This document shows positions 11,949 through 27,400 of a stretch of DNA of 64,000 bases, in pieces; the first letter of the stretch is position 1; each line of letters opens with the position of its first letter. This stretch comes from Antedon mediterranea (taxonomy: Eukaryota; Animalia; Echinodermata). The stretch covers positions 32,866,437-32,930,436 of the forward strand of contig NC_092672.1 of the NCBI RefSeq assembly GCF_964355755.1, given 5' to 3'. The notes under the pieces were generated by a model. That model saw only the letters and a program-made list of their open reading frames with translations, made no database searches and was not told the DNA's origin. A program made the translations under genes and the position numbers.

Positions 11949-14427
11949 TTAAAGTGGGGAAATGGTCGGGAAAAAAAATCCTGTGTGTGTGTCACATGGT
12001 TGTCAAAAGCCTCTGTCAAAAAGTGGTAAAGGTTAAAACCTCACCAAACGTTCTGATGGCTACACCCCTGGATTGGAATACTGTATGATGTGTACATCAC
12101 ACCACTTGCAGGACATTGGTGTTAAAAGGGTGGCAAAAAGGAGCTTTTATTTTCCGACGGCCTAGGAATTTTGCAAATCACATGATTTTACGTAAATTCA
12201 ATTTAGCTTTTTTTGCCGACGATACACACCTAAAAAAGGTTCAAATTCGAATGTCTGAGATGACAGAATTAAGGACCTGTAGAATTGACCAAGTTGAATC
12301 TGTCTGACGACTTCACAAACATTTTTTTAAAAATCGAACAACTTTATGTAAATAGTACTTCGAAATGACATCCTACAGTATGTTGTTGCAATAATTGAAA
12401 GATCTGATCAGCTATGATGATATCATACCACTACCATATTTGGGCATATCACTAACATATTTGGGCACATTACACTTTTTGTTATCAAACTAGTTTGATA
12501 CTGATAGTGTAGGCAGAGCTACTGTACAATTACAACATAGTAATACAGTAGTACAGTAGTATAACCTCATTGAAAACTTTATATTTAGCATTTTCTATTT
12601 TAATTAACTATTGATTTTTGTCCACTCCAGTAATTGGCTCTTTTCAATTTTTCTATTCCATCAGTTTTACATAATTATGTTAATTAGTAATATACTTTTT
12701 CTAGCGTAATCGGTACAATTACATACAGTTGACATGGTCTCAAGGCAAAAATAATATATATATTATTTATAGCGGCTCACTTGATATTGTCTAGGCTAGT
12801 TTAAATTGTTAAAATGACTGGAATATACTGCCAATTTTACCTCTAGGTATGATTCCGGTAGGCTATGCAGTAATTCTTTTAATTAGAAGTTTTCTAGAAA
12901 ATACTGTAAACTATTGCCAATTATGCATTATTAATTTTAGGGCTTGTAGTCAAAGACTGTACCATTGGTTAGAAGGGGCGTACACTGATGTTTTCAAGTG
13001 ATATCTCTCTTTCAAAAGGGGATTGATAAGTGCATGTATTGTAATTACCTATTTTGTAAATTAAAAAAAATTTTTTAAACTTACATTACAACCATGACTA
13101 TTTGAGATTACCAATTATAGTCTTACTGTTTATAACTTTTTATGAAAACACTCAAAATATGTAGCCAATTACAGCACATTTTTTCTTTTCTTTTATGCAG
13201 CGTTCACTTCACCATATATGGTAATATTACCCAAATTGTACCTTACTGTACAGTAAAGCATACTGGTACAAGTTACATAAAAATGATGATGTACTGTATA
13301 TAATATATAATAAATATAATATACTGTATGAATAATATAAAGACAGGCACATATTTTTCTTTTTTATTTATTTATTTTATTTATTCATTTCCCAACCAAC
13401 AGTGAACTCATGGTTCACCACTTTTACAGGAGGGAACACAGACAAACACAAACAATTACAATAAAAAACGTTAAACCAAACTACTAACACAACCTAATAA
13501 AGTAAAGTATGCTTATACAGTTTCTCAATTAAATTTAGTACAGTATTAGCAATAATTAATATATTAAATCCAAACTATATTTCAATAATTTTTTTTTAAT
13601 TAACTATAATGTGATTATGTATACCATTAGATTAATTTAAATATCTATTTATAGTATGTTTTTTTAACACTATACTGTAGTCAACCCCATGGGGGGAAAT
13701 CCAGGGGTCACCCACTCTCCCCTTTGAAAGCTAAAATGATGAACTAAGTACTTTTCTATTTTTTGACAAACTATTAGTATTAAATATTATGTCAGCACTG
13801 CCCCATTTTAAAAATTCCTAGATCCGCCCCTCTGACCCCTATTCGGGGGACACTTAATAGGGGTCTTTACTTTACTTCTATTTAATACAGTACCAGTGAA
13901 AAGAAACAACACTAAACCAGATAATACTCAAATACCAGTGAAAGTTTAAAGTAATTTTTCAAGGATTTCCTGTTTTTGTTAAAACCTTGAATCAGGATCA
14001 TAATTTTCTATCTTTTTTAGATAATTGTAGATTTTTTTTGTATTGCTTTTATAGATTTCTTTTATCATGGACAATTGATACTAGATTTTGTACCCTACTG
14101 TAAACTTTTGTATTGTTTTTTAATATATTTTATTAGTATTTATAATTATATAACTTTATTAGCTGAGGTCGTGTCGGTTAATAGTCAGTAAGACCTTCTT
14201 AAAACTGGCAACCATTGGGCTGGCCTAAAATGTCAGGTTTTAATGAAAGATGTTATTACTATTATTAGTTTAGTACATTTTATAGGTTCTTAATTCTGTT
14301 ATTGTTAAAATGATTGTCTTTTATTTTTTTAGTGAACGAAGGAAGAGGTAACCCGTGTAGAAAAAAAAAAAAAAAAAAAAGGAAAACAAAAAAAAACAGT
14401 ACATGAGGAAAGGAAAGAAATAAAAAT

Positions 14428-15433
14428 ATGCCCAAATTTAACTTAGATGCAATATGTGCAAAATTACAAACACAGCGTGTACCAACAGGGACGGCTACAA
14501 CCCCAAATGAAGAACAACTGGAGAAGGAAGTGGACTCTGGGGTCGATGACCCTGACTGTGGAAACGATTTTATACAATTGCATAGAACATTTATAGACAG
14601 GTGGGAGGATAACGAATATGATGAAGAAAAAAATTATGATAACCATGAAGTAACAAATGGAAAAACAAAACCAAAGATTGAAATAGGAAATAATAATAAC
14701 AATGACAGATGCATGAATATACGTGGTGCACGAAAACGAAAATCAAAACAGCGATATGTTCCACGACAGGTGTTCACCGATGCATGCGACGACATAGATT
14801 ACGACGATGAGGATTTAGCAAACAGCATTACCAAAGAAGATTCCGAAGTCGGCCTATTGACTGAAGAGGGCAGTCTGAATCTATGCTTACCAAAACCGGA
14901 AAGCACTTTACCAAATGGCGATTCCGAAGATGGAAGTATCGACGGTGCGCTAGATTTGAGTTGTCACGATCACAATGATAACGTAGAAACTGTTGATAAT
15001 TACAGTCCCGCTTTTTCAAACTCTGATAAACATTCTACTAATCATGATTATAGTCGTATGACGATAGAAGATTATGCGAATAGGGCGCTTGACGATGAAG
15101 ACGTATCCGATGAGGAAGAATTTGATGAGAACGTTGTATGCTGTGTCGATGAAGACGGTAACGCCGCTTTAGTGAAACGCGATGACCTACCAATACTGCA
15201 AAATGGCAATGCGCATCCTAAGGACGCGGCCGAAATATCGTCAGCATCCGAGGCGAAAGAATGTGAGAATAATGAACAATCGGATGAAGAGAAGATAGGA
15301 AAATTACCGGAGGAGGTTAATGTAATGAAGGAATACGCATCAAATGCGTTGAACGAGTTGTTTGATATGTACGGCGTTGACGCTGAAGGCTGCGAAATGA
15401 TGCAACATATGCCGCTTGACTCTTTTAGACTGA
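14428..15433 (+). CDS. CASZ1: CASZ1 coding exon 1
   Basis: Acceptor at 14332, in-frame TGA at 14404 upstream of the [17 protein letters not shown]|gtaagt donor. Confidence 0.85.
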
Positions 15434-18400
15434 GTAAGTATCAAAACAAAGCTTTTATATTTTTGAACGATTTATAATTGCCCACTTTCCCCTGAACTTG
15501 ATAAAAATGTCCACTTCGGTGTGCTACATCCACCTCATATACTATTAAATAGAAAATTCGAATGATTTTAGCTGTTATATATACTCTGTAGAACCATATT
15601 ACAAGTTTTATCATGTAATAGAACTAAATCTTAACGGCGGCATACGATACAAAACTATCCAAAATCTTAGATTTATTTATACACATTTAAGAGACACTGC
15701 TATAAATACATTAAAATTAATTAAAATAATAATTTGTGAAGAAAGACGATTACATGTAGAATTTAATGAAAATATAGCCAAGAGGAAGTTTTAATTTAGA
15801 ATAGACAATTTAAGGTGAAGAATCCAGACATTTTATTGCCAGTAGGTAATAAACTTGAAGGCAATAAAATTAATTCTGTTTTAATTCTTTAAAGCCCAGT
15901 AGAATAATAAATATTTAGTTTGTGGCTTGTTACACTACAGTTTAGTATTTTCATGTACACTGCAGTATGTTTTTGAACATTTTGTGTAATAGTTACTGTA
16001 TGTACTTTGTGTCAGCGCCATGCAATGAATTATTTGTAAAATGAGAAAAATCTGATAGTAATACAGTACAATAGAACCCCTTTAAGGGGACCCTTTGTTT
16101 GGTCCGAAAGGTTAATAAAAATAAATAGGAGTTTTCCATAGTGTTACACATTGTCCTTCAGTCATTTCAAGCAAGGGAAAGTATCCCCTTAATACGATAG
16201 GTGTGTCCCCTGAATAGGGATGTATCCTTGTAAAAGTGTATTATCCCAAATGAAACCAGCTCTACTAATTCCTATTTCATGCCTAGACTAGTTTTAATAT
16301 TGGGACAAACTGACAATGACATCCCTATTATGAACAAACAAACAAAGTGATTTTGAACACCCCTTTAAGAAAGTGGTATGATCTGTGTGAGCCAATACTG
16401 TAATGTTATTTTCCTCTAAAAAGCTCTTTCAACACTATCAGTATCAAACTTTATGTGATAAAAAAATGTGGTGTGCCCATATATGGACATGATGATATCA
16501 TCACTACCATATTTGGCCATATCACCACCATATTTATAGGCACATCACACTTTTTTTTGTCAAACTAGTTTGATAGTGTGGACAGGGCTTTAGAGTTGAT
16601 GGTCTATGCGTACGGTACTTTATGTCTAGATTTTTAAAATTCAAGGGTGCAGAATATGTACTGATATTGTTGTACCTCCTGCAGCAGATCTCCATATTGT
16701 ACAGTATATAGGTCAAAATTATTATTTAAAAATTCAAAATTATGAATAATTTTAAAGGTCAGTCCTTGTAGGTTTGAGAGAATCTGGGTTATTTTTAAGA
16801 TTAAATTTTCTTTATGAATGTAAATTAGATTAGATTATTCTATTGCCCTTAAGACTGAATTTGTAATTTACCGACATTTGATGGAATTATATTAAAGTTG
16901 TTCTTCTTAAGAATAAAATGAGCTATAAAAATATGGTCAATTTAATATTGCAATGTTTATTTAAATGTAGGAAGAAATGGTCAAAACACATTGGACATTT
17001 AAAGTATTCTACAATCTGTATAAATCTATCAATTCTAAAGATTGGTTAATTCTTTTTTGATTGATTCTCCATAGGCCTACTGTATACTTCTTTCTATTCC
17101 CTTCCTCTATCAATTTGTTTGATTTGATTTTGGAATTCTTCATTTTCAGATAATTTACTGAAATTTCAGGAGCAAGAGAAACATTTAAAGCGTAGCCAAG
17201 AAAATGGTGGCAGAGCAAGCAAAGGCCGGTCAGGAAAAACGAAAAAGCACACTAACAACGTCGACATTAACGATTTCGGCAACACACAATCAGACCAGCA
17301 TGTGGAACTTGGCGCTATGCAACCGAAAAACCCAGCAACATTATCTATTCCGCAAAACTCGTTTATCGAACGATCCACAGACCAACAGTACTTACCAGAT
17401 GGGAGTCCCCCGAAGTATAATGCTAAAAGTATTTGGGGGCGCCCTGTCGGGGGTGGAGGCGGTCCGAATTCAAAGAAGACAGTGAAACAATTAATTATGG
17501 AACAAGCGATGACAAATGAAAAACTGGATTCATTTTCCAAGTATGACTACTTGATACAGAAGCTACAAGCTGGTAAGGACTATTTTAGAGATGTATTTCT
17601 ATAAATTAAAAAAATTTAACTTTATCTTTCAATTCTTTATTTTTCATTTAATCTTAAGCTCTGTCTACACTATCAAACTAGTTTGACAAAAAAATGTGAT
17701 GTGTCCAAATATGGTAGTGATATGCCCAACTATGGTAGTGATATCATCATGTCCATATATGGGCACATCATATATTGTCACATAAAGTTTGATAGTGTAG
17801 ACAAGGCTTTACACTAACAAACACACTTTATGTGACAATAAAATGTGATGTGCCCATATATGGATAATACATGATGATGTCATATCACTACCATATTTGG
17901 GCATATCGCTATCAGCATATTACACTTTTTTTTTCAAACTATAGTTTGATAGTGTAGTCAGAGCTATCAACTAAAGATTAAGTTTCAATATAATGATGTT
18001 TGTATATTTTACATATTATGTTTTATGTATCGGTTTATTGCAAATACAGTCTTTGAAAATGATTTTAATTTAACCTTTTGCACAGAACTGGGTTAGTATG
18101 TTTAAAGTGTATTATCTGTAAGTACTGTTAAATGGATGTTTTTTCGATATTTTTACTGGTTGTCAACAAAATTAATCGGCAAATCCAGATTAAATTAAAA
18201 TCGGCATGGATGTGTTGAGAATAATGATAATTATATGAAATCAATCAAATTTGTACCAAAAAAAGGAAGACATTTATTATGTGATAAAGTTTGTAATGTC
18301 GGTTATTTAGTGAGGAATAAAATAACAAATAATTTATTCTCTTAAATAATAATAAATAAATAAATATGACAATGTTAAAAATTAACTATGCGATTCAAAA

Positions 18401-21400
18401 TACACTATCATATCTGGTGAATACTCAACCCAGACATATAGTCAACCTAATGTATTATTTGTAGGACACACAATCACCAAATAGGACACACAGTATATTT
18501 GTCACCAAATAGGACATACAATGTATATGTAATTGTCACCAAATAGGACATACAATATAATTATTTTCTCCAAATAGGACGTACAATATATTGTCACCAA
18601 ATAGGACATACAGTATATTTGTCACCAAATAGGACCCACGGTACATTTGTCACCAAATGTGACCCACAGTACATTTGTCACCAAATAGAACCCACAGTGT
18701 TGGTCATCAAATAGGACCCACACAGTACATTTGTTACCAAATGGGACCCACAGTACATTTTCACCAAATGTGACCCACAGTACATTTGTCACCAAATGTG
18801 ACCCACAGTACATTTGTCATCAAATAGGACCCACACAGTACATTTGTCATCAAATAGGACCCACACAGTACATTTGTTACCAAATGGGACCCACAGTACA
18901 TTTGTCACCAAATAGAACATTCAATATTAATCAACTTGAACACTTATTACCAATATACCTGAATCTTCAACCCATGTTTAAATTTATACTTTGAACATGA
19001 AAAAATACCAATGGGTTGATTTTCAGCATCAGCATTATGGAATTTACCCCCAGGGAGCTACCCAAGTGTTGTATCATAGATATGTACTTCTAAATTATGG
19101 CAAGGGTTATATCAGTATACAGCTTTTAGGCTATAACCTCTGCTACAGGCCTACAGTACTGATGAAACATGTCGCCTGACTTGAAGGTGCATTTGTGTGT
19201 TTAACACACCCCAAGGAATCCAATATTGGACCACCTTGTGCCTGATTCATAGGCTTTTACAATCACTGTTTTATACTGTATTCTGTACATAATTTATTAT
19301 CTGATATTAATATTATACAATTGAAATGAAGTGGTTACCATAAACAAATTTAGATTATGATATCAAAAGGATTTGTTATAAAAATTAGTATTAGATACAT
19401 ATTAAATAAAAAATCAATTAAATTATGGTCAATTATTATGCGAAATAAAAGCTGGTAGTGTAAATAATTGCGATATTTGATGGTATCGTTTAATGTATTC
19501 ATATGGTTTATAAATAATTTTGCCCTCACAAAAAATGTTCAGCTTCAGAATATTAGGATAAGCATTCTTTAAAAAATTATTTAAAGATGTGTTGTCTCCC
19601 AAAAACATGAAAAATAAAGACTAATAAAATCAGACTTTGAATAGATTATTTTGTAGTTTTTATAAGATCAATCACAAAAATTATTGTTTTCAGTTATAAA
19701 ATGAAAAAATAAATGGTTGATTGAACCAAAAACCAATTGGCTCCCTTCCAATTTGACTATTTTTTGCTTTAAATTACAGTTTTTTAGGTAAATACATCTT
19801 TTTTTCGATCCAATCTTTAATCAAAGTGGATAACTATTAGTATTAGGTGACATTAAAATGGCATATTTAAAAAAAAAAATTAAGAAATATTTTTTCAGGG
19901 GAACAATACATCTTTAAATAAATATTTCATTATCATCATATCATTATTTTTTTCGCCTATATTTACTACCACGCACTATAATAAAATACTGGTACATTTA
20001 ATACCTCTGTGAAATTTTAAACCAACATTGTTTCATTATTAATATTTTCATTATTTATGAAAAATAACATATTTATATAAACTACTGCATTAAATTAAAT
20101 TAATTTAAATAATTCATCAAAAAGCCTAATTAATATTCTACCTTACCTATCCTCTTTGAGCCATAACACTTTTAAATAAATCATTTTTGGTATTACTAAA
20201 AAGAAATAATGATATTATTTTTTATTTTCATTTATAATATTTTATTTATTTCTATATTTCATTTTTTATTTGTAGGTGAAGCAATTTCAAAGGATGTACC
20301 AAATTTGCGAATTTCAAAATATGATAGTTATATTAAGCGGCTACAAGATGGACAATCTATATCTAAGATCTTCAAACGTAGAGGGAGCAATGCATCTTCG
20401 CAAAAGGTCCGTGACTTGCTCAACCGTCAGCTAAACCAAAAAGCCACCCTGCCATCTAACGGGGCATACGTCGATGGCGACCATGAAATGCAGACGATCG
20501 ATCTGACAGAACATGCTAGGTCGGCACGTGGTCCGCAATACGATGTGCTTATTCAAAACATATTAAAAGCGCAAGGGATGGACGTAACAGCTTTGCAACA
20601 GCGACAACTGCAAGAAGAAGCTTTTAGCCATGATCCCTCATTGCCGCAAGATCTTAGCATGACCTCCGACCGACACAGAATTAAACAAGAACCGGAAGCT
20701 CTGCCAAGTTACGATATGCACTGCGAAGCTAACAGCTCGATGGATGACAGCGGCGATGATACATCAAAAAGTGATCTATTGTCAAGTCTAGATACCAGCG
20801 ATGGAGAACCTAATATGTATATGAAATATATTGCAAAGTATGTCATTTTTGTTTTCTCACATTGAACATGTCACAGTTATTCTACTGCAGGTACTGCAGT
20901 ATCTACATCTTGTAGATTTTACAGATACATTCAACAGCATTGGGAAAAAAAATAATCATTTTTTTTTTCAGTAAAAAAGTAGTAATTACTGCAGTAGAAT
21001 AATGTTGATATGAACTCTTAACTCACAATCAATTTTTCATATTAATGTATACAAATATAAGGTCAAGGGTCACATTATTTTTATCTCGTTTGTAGGTACT
21101 CGGCAACCACCCACTGCAAGATGCCTTACTGTGTTTACCAGTATAAAGAGCACTATCATTGTGTAGCAAATGAATGCAAATTTGCCGTGAGTACAAAAAG
21201 AATTTTATACATAAATACAGCAGAACCCCTACAGTATTAAGGACACATCTTCGGGCACTATCAAAGTATGATTTAATAGGGCTGTCCCCTAGATAAGGGT
21301 TGGCCTTAAATTATAGTTAATACATCTATTGGTTCGTTTCACGGGAAGCTATCCGAATAATGGAAGTGTCCCTAATGGAGGTGTCCCCTTAATGGAGGTT

Positions 21401-24400
21401 TCCCCTTAATGGAGGTGTCCCCTTAATGGAGTTGTTCCTTAATGGAGGTGTCCCTTAATGGAGGTGTCCCCTTTGGAGGTGTTCCCTTAATGGAGGTGTT
21501 CCCTTAATGGAGGTGTTCCCTTAATGGAGGTGTCCCTTAATGGAGGTGTCTTAATGGAGGTGTCTCGAATGGAGGTTCTCCTGTATTGAGGATTAAGGTG
21601 TTGGAAGAGTGCTGTTGTTATGTTGTTGCTTGTCGTCATTAGGGAACATTGTAATAAATATACTGTAGTTAGAATGGCTATTAAATGGAACACTTTGAGA
21701 CGGGTCCAGAAGGAGGGGATTATTATTATTTTTATTTTGCCAAAGAAAATTTATTTTTCAATTAATTTTGCTTTTGTTTAATCCTGTCACCATCATGGAT
21801 TTTGTTATGTTTTTTTGTATTGTTTTATCATGTTTTTAAATTGATGAAATAATGGCAGTGTTAAAAAAGAACAAAACAAATGTGGATGTTTTTTGATTGA
21901 TGACTCATTTGCACTTGCTTTTATTAGACTACCAATATTCCCGAATAATGTAAAATAGTTTATTTTTGAGAAAATATAGTATTTCAGAATATTGGAAATT
22001 ACAAAAAAAGTTTAGTTACTTATAGAGAAACAAGGAAACCGCAATGGGTTATTGAATTCGGACAAAACAGGGAAAATTCCCAAAATCAATATTTATAGGT
22101 TGTCTAATTGAGGAAATCTTTGGAAATCTATTGAATATAAAGATGTCTGTATTTATAATAAATAGTAAACTAACTGGAGGAAAAGACTAATGTGTTTACA
22201 TTAGACATTTCTTATAGGCCTATGGAAAAAATGTCGATAGAATAGAATGGTTTTCTCGAAAACCTGTTTTAAAGGCATTAGCTGAAAATTGCAGCAAAAC
22301 TCTTGTTTCAGTTTGACTATCCATATCAGAATCAATTGAGGTTTTTTAATTGTATTTAAAATCGATTCTTTTTATGTGCACTCACATTGGCAAAAAAATA
22401 CAATTTTTTCAAAAGACACATTTAAATCTGTATTCTCTTTAACCAATTTTCTACTAGGCGAACCTGTTTGCGCGAATCGACAGCCTCGATTTGTGAGATG
22501 GAAATGAATATGCATGCGTATAAGCTGATGCTTTCGATTCAAGCAAACATATTCGTCTAGTGGAAAATCGGCTTTACTCAGGATAAAACCTGAAAGTGAC
22601 CTACAACACTATCAAATATTTTTAATCAGTCAATTACCATTAATTACATTTATATAAATATATAAATATTAGATTTGTTATCCCGCTTTTAAATAAAACA
22701 CATAGATAATGTTTAAACAAATCTGTATCTGGGAAACTGGGTCAGGGAACTTGTTATACTGTAGGTTGAATAAAAACTACACCTGGGAAAGTACTGTATT
22801 AAAAATATTGTGATAATGCTAATATAGGTTTATGCTTAGTATTTATTTCCAATCAAAACTGTTAAATAATGACAATAAATAAACCCCAATCTCTATGGAC
22901 ACTAATACCATCTGCTAAAGAAACTTTCTTATCCCAACGGTCCTGTCAGCGTTTAGGAAACAAAGTTTTTTTTTTATTATGGCACCATTTAATTGCCGTA
23001 AATCTGGACTATAGTTAGATTTAGGGATTTATAGACGCCTAATTCTGTGTTTCTGGAAAAATTCCCATTATTTTAGAACCAAACAGAGATTAGTTATCAG
23101 TCTATGTGATTTTATTTTCGTATGTGACTTACTTAATTTGATTGTTTTTGAGACGTGAGAAAAAAGGTCTTGGGTTGCATTATGTACTACTTCTAGAAAT
23201 ATAGTTTTCAATGTCAAATATGTCCCTCTGAGATATGAATGTATTGTTATAGTAGAAATGTTTAAATGACATTAATTTTATAACATTTGGTGTTATAGAT
23301 CCCTTAAATTGGGACACCCTATTCAAGGGATACACCTAAAATGAAATGTCCTCATGAAATTACCAGTGTCACCGTAAAAGGAGGTCTACTGTATCTAAAA
23401 TTAACAGAACAAAATAAAATTGGAAATTCAACTTATTAATGTTAATAGAGTAAACTTGCATTAGCTCTTCCCATGTTTTGTTTATAGGGGTGGAGACGTT
23501 TGGGGTTGTATTTTCTTTTATTATCCAAATGCTGGGTAATTTCATTTCATTTCATTATTTATTTGGTCTATTTGAGTATATTCATAACAAAAAAAAATGA
23601 AATTGGGGAGACCAGGATCAAACTAAGTGAACAATCACTGTAGCTGAGCCGGTTGACCCAACCCCAAAGTCAGTTTAACACATAAAAGAAATATAGACAA
23701 AATACAGTTACAGCGAATCAAAATAAATATGAACTTCTCTAATGAAGGCTGATGGACTTTCTAGGACTGCAGCATCTGTCAACGGTCTTGGAAGCTGGTC
23801 CCAGAAAAGGGGTAACCTGATTGCTATAGAATGGAAACAAGCCTGTGTCATTGATGCTTGATGTCGGAAGCACGGGCGATCATTGTGACGGGTATTTATG
23901 TAAATACAGTCATGAACTGTGCTGCAGTCCAGAAACCCCACTAAGAACCTTAAAACAAAATATAATAAGAAATCTATCTCTTCTAACGGACAAAGATGAA
24001 ACTGAAAGCAAATTTAACCTCTCCTCATAGCACATCTGTCCACGATGCAGTTTGAGAGCAAAACAAGTTCCTCTCCTATGAACCCCCTCAAGCTGATCTG
24101 ACAAAGACTTATTACTTACAAAGAATTTATTTTCTGTTTTTTTCAAGAAATATTTATTTATTTGCATACATTTTTTAAAATAACAGACTAATTTACAAAT
24201 TAAACTCTCTCTATATTTCAATAAACAATTTGGAACCAAATAGATTGATTTTATTTTGCTATACCACCATAGTGACCCAGATATAAAGTCCATCCTGTGC
24301 TTAAAATTCGAAAAGCAAGATTCTGATTTACTAAGTGCAAATAGTAAAGGTAAAAAACGGAGTTAAACAGCCAAAAAAAACAACCACAGTAATAAAGGCT

Positions 24401-27400
24401 GAAACTCACAGATAACATCCAAGGAAGGAAGTGGGCATCTGTATCGAAATTTGTAAGAACTTAAGAATCGGACGGGCCTTGGAAAATCAGTGCCAGGTTA
24501 TTAATCTTATACCAATATTTTAGCATATTTTCGATTGAACTTACTTCTACTACCGGAATATATACATTTGATTGAAAGATTATACTGTAAGATTAGTTTA
24601 AAAACTGAAAATAGATGGGAAATAAATGTAAAACATAGCGGTACTTGAATTTTGAGGAGTTCCCGTGGTCCCTGGATATCCAGGATCTAAATTATTCCAA
24701 ATTCCGGGATTTTTTACTCATGAAGTGCTATTTTACTTTTCTCTGTAATTTTCCATATGATACATCATTTTGGGCATTTATGTTGATTACCTGAATCCAA
24801 CCTTATCCGCCGGTGTGTATATCTGGAGCAGGGGGCAGGCAAAGGATATGGGGCTGGTGGAGAAAATTTCAAAAAATGATACAATTGTCCTAAAATATAG
24901 AGTTTTGTTTCGTTTATTTTCTACTCTTCAAATGAATTTAAACCGTTAACTTATTACATAAAGTATACAGTGTATAATGGTGGATGAAGGTCACAATAAG
25001 TTCATTGAACTTCTATTTGTGACCCCCGTTTCAGTGTAATATAGCATGCGGAGTAGACTAAGGTATATGTTTAAAAATGATTACAACCTTTATTAAATGG
25101 ACCCTTTCAGGACCCAACAAAATGTCCTATGTCCTTATTTCACTTCCCGCAATCTCCCTCTCCTTTCAGATGTTCTACAATGTATACCACTAAATGTCTA
25201 CTCTCAGTATATTTCTGTATAAGCTATTTATAAAAACCCTCAAACCATTTAACTGACGCAATCAAATCTTTATTGGAACCACTAATACATAAAGAGACAA
25301 CATAAAATGTATCTTCATCAACAATTTTTTTAATGAATTGATAATTAAATTTATGTACACAAGTCCAAAATTGAGAAAAAAAAGATCAATATCTCTGAGG
25401 TATCAAGTTGGAGACATAGAACAGACAACCTGAAATTTCTTATATAAAATTTAAATTTTCCACCGGATACAATAAATCTACCAAAGGTGATTTTTTTCCA
25501 CAATTTTTTTTTTATTCTTTAAATATCCGTAATCATTTTATTCTAATTCCTTCCGGAACAAGTCTTCCTGTTATTGTTTAATAAGGCCATCTAATACCAA
25601 CAGGAAACTGCCAACACTGATTTTGGTTAAAAAATGACTTTAACGACTCAATAATACATGAGAAACGCTTTCTTTATTGCTTAATTATTTCCAATTCAAC
25701 GTGGAGCTGTAAGAGTTCAATGAATTCACCAGTATTGGGAAGAAGCAAGTGAAATAAAGTGAAATTTATTGTTTTTAAGTACTGTTCTTTCTCTTTCTAC
25801 AGAAAGTGATGAATGTATATTTTTTAGATTTAAAAGTATATTTTCCCCCTGAAAAAATAATTTTTTGTTGAATATATTAAAAATTAGATCAGAAAAAAAA
25901 GAAATTTTATTTTTAATACCGGAAAACTGTAATTTCAAGCAAAAGAATATTTATATTGACACTCAGTGTCAGACAATGTGTTCGTAGTTAAATTTAACCG
26001 TTAAATCATTGTTTTTGTTGGGGGTTTTTTTTATGGAAACGAATAACTTAAAATAAAAAATGGCCTATTCAAAGTTTGATTTGATTTGTTTCTACACTAT
26101 ATAACAGTCATCATAGTGCAAAAGAGATTGCCATATCTTGTGTTTCCACACTATAACATTCATTCATTCAGTGTGAAAGAGATTGCGATATATGTTGTGT
26201 CCACAATGTAACAGTCATCATAGTGTAAAAGAGATTGCTGTATACTGTATTTTGTGTCCACACTTTAACAGACATCACACTGCAGAAGAGATTGACATAT
26301 CTTTTGTGTCCACACTACAACAGACAGAAAAAATTGCCATTTCATAAGTTTTTGTTCACATTGCCTCATGTGAAGCGTTCAAATGTGTTTATTACACATG
26401 TTATGGTAGCTACAGTAGGGGTGAAAAGCTAAGAATTATAACAATGTAAAAGAATCACAGTTGGGGACCAAATTGCAATAAAAATGGTGCGTTAGATAAA
26501 TTGAATGTTTTTTAATAACTATGGAGACAAAGGAAAACAAATTTATTTACTTTAAATAAATTCCTGTATTCATTTCTACTAAAAAAACTCACCTAGTGTT
26601 ATTTCATTTTATGTCTTTATCTTTTCTTTATATATTTTGGTATAAAATATGGCAGTCAGAACTGAAATAAGTAGCATAAATACATAAACACAAATAGAAA
26701 TTGCAAGAAGTAAAGTAGCAATTGCTAAAATTAAACAGTTATAAATAATATGTAATATAAAAATGAACTACTACATGCTTTTACTGCAGTGTAACTACAA
26801 GCGTTTACTGCAGTAACTACATGCTTTTACTGCAGTGTAACTACAAGCGTTTACTGCAGTTAAACTACATGCTTTTACTACAGTAACTACAGTACATGCT
26901 TTTACTGCAGTGTAACTACAAGCGTTTACTGCAGTAAACTACATGCTTTTACTACAGTAACTACATGCTTTTACTGCAGTGTAACTACAAGCGTTTACTG
27001 CAGTAACTACATGCTTTTACTGCAGTGTAACTACAAGCGTTTACTGCAGTAACTACATGCTTTTACTGCAGTGTAACTACAAGCGTTTACTGCAGTAACT
27101 ACATGCTTTTACTGCAGTGTAACTACAAGCGTTTACTGCAGTAACTACGTGCTTTTACTGCAGTGTAACTACAAGCGTTTACTGCAGTAAACTACATGCT
27201 TTTACTACAATAACGTATGATTTATGATGTATTAATTTTACTTTTAAAATGAAATAAATAAATTTTTATTTGAATTGAATTTAGGTATTGGGCATGCAGT
27301 CACTTTATGATGTGTGTATGATTTTCAGTACCCACAAAAAGGCTTGCTATACTATGTTTATTGAATACCTTTATTTGTCCATATTATATAAAATAATAAT

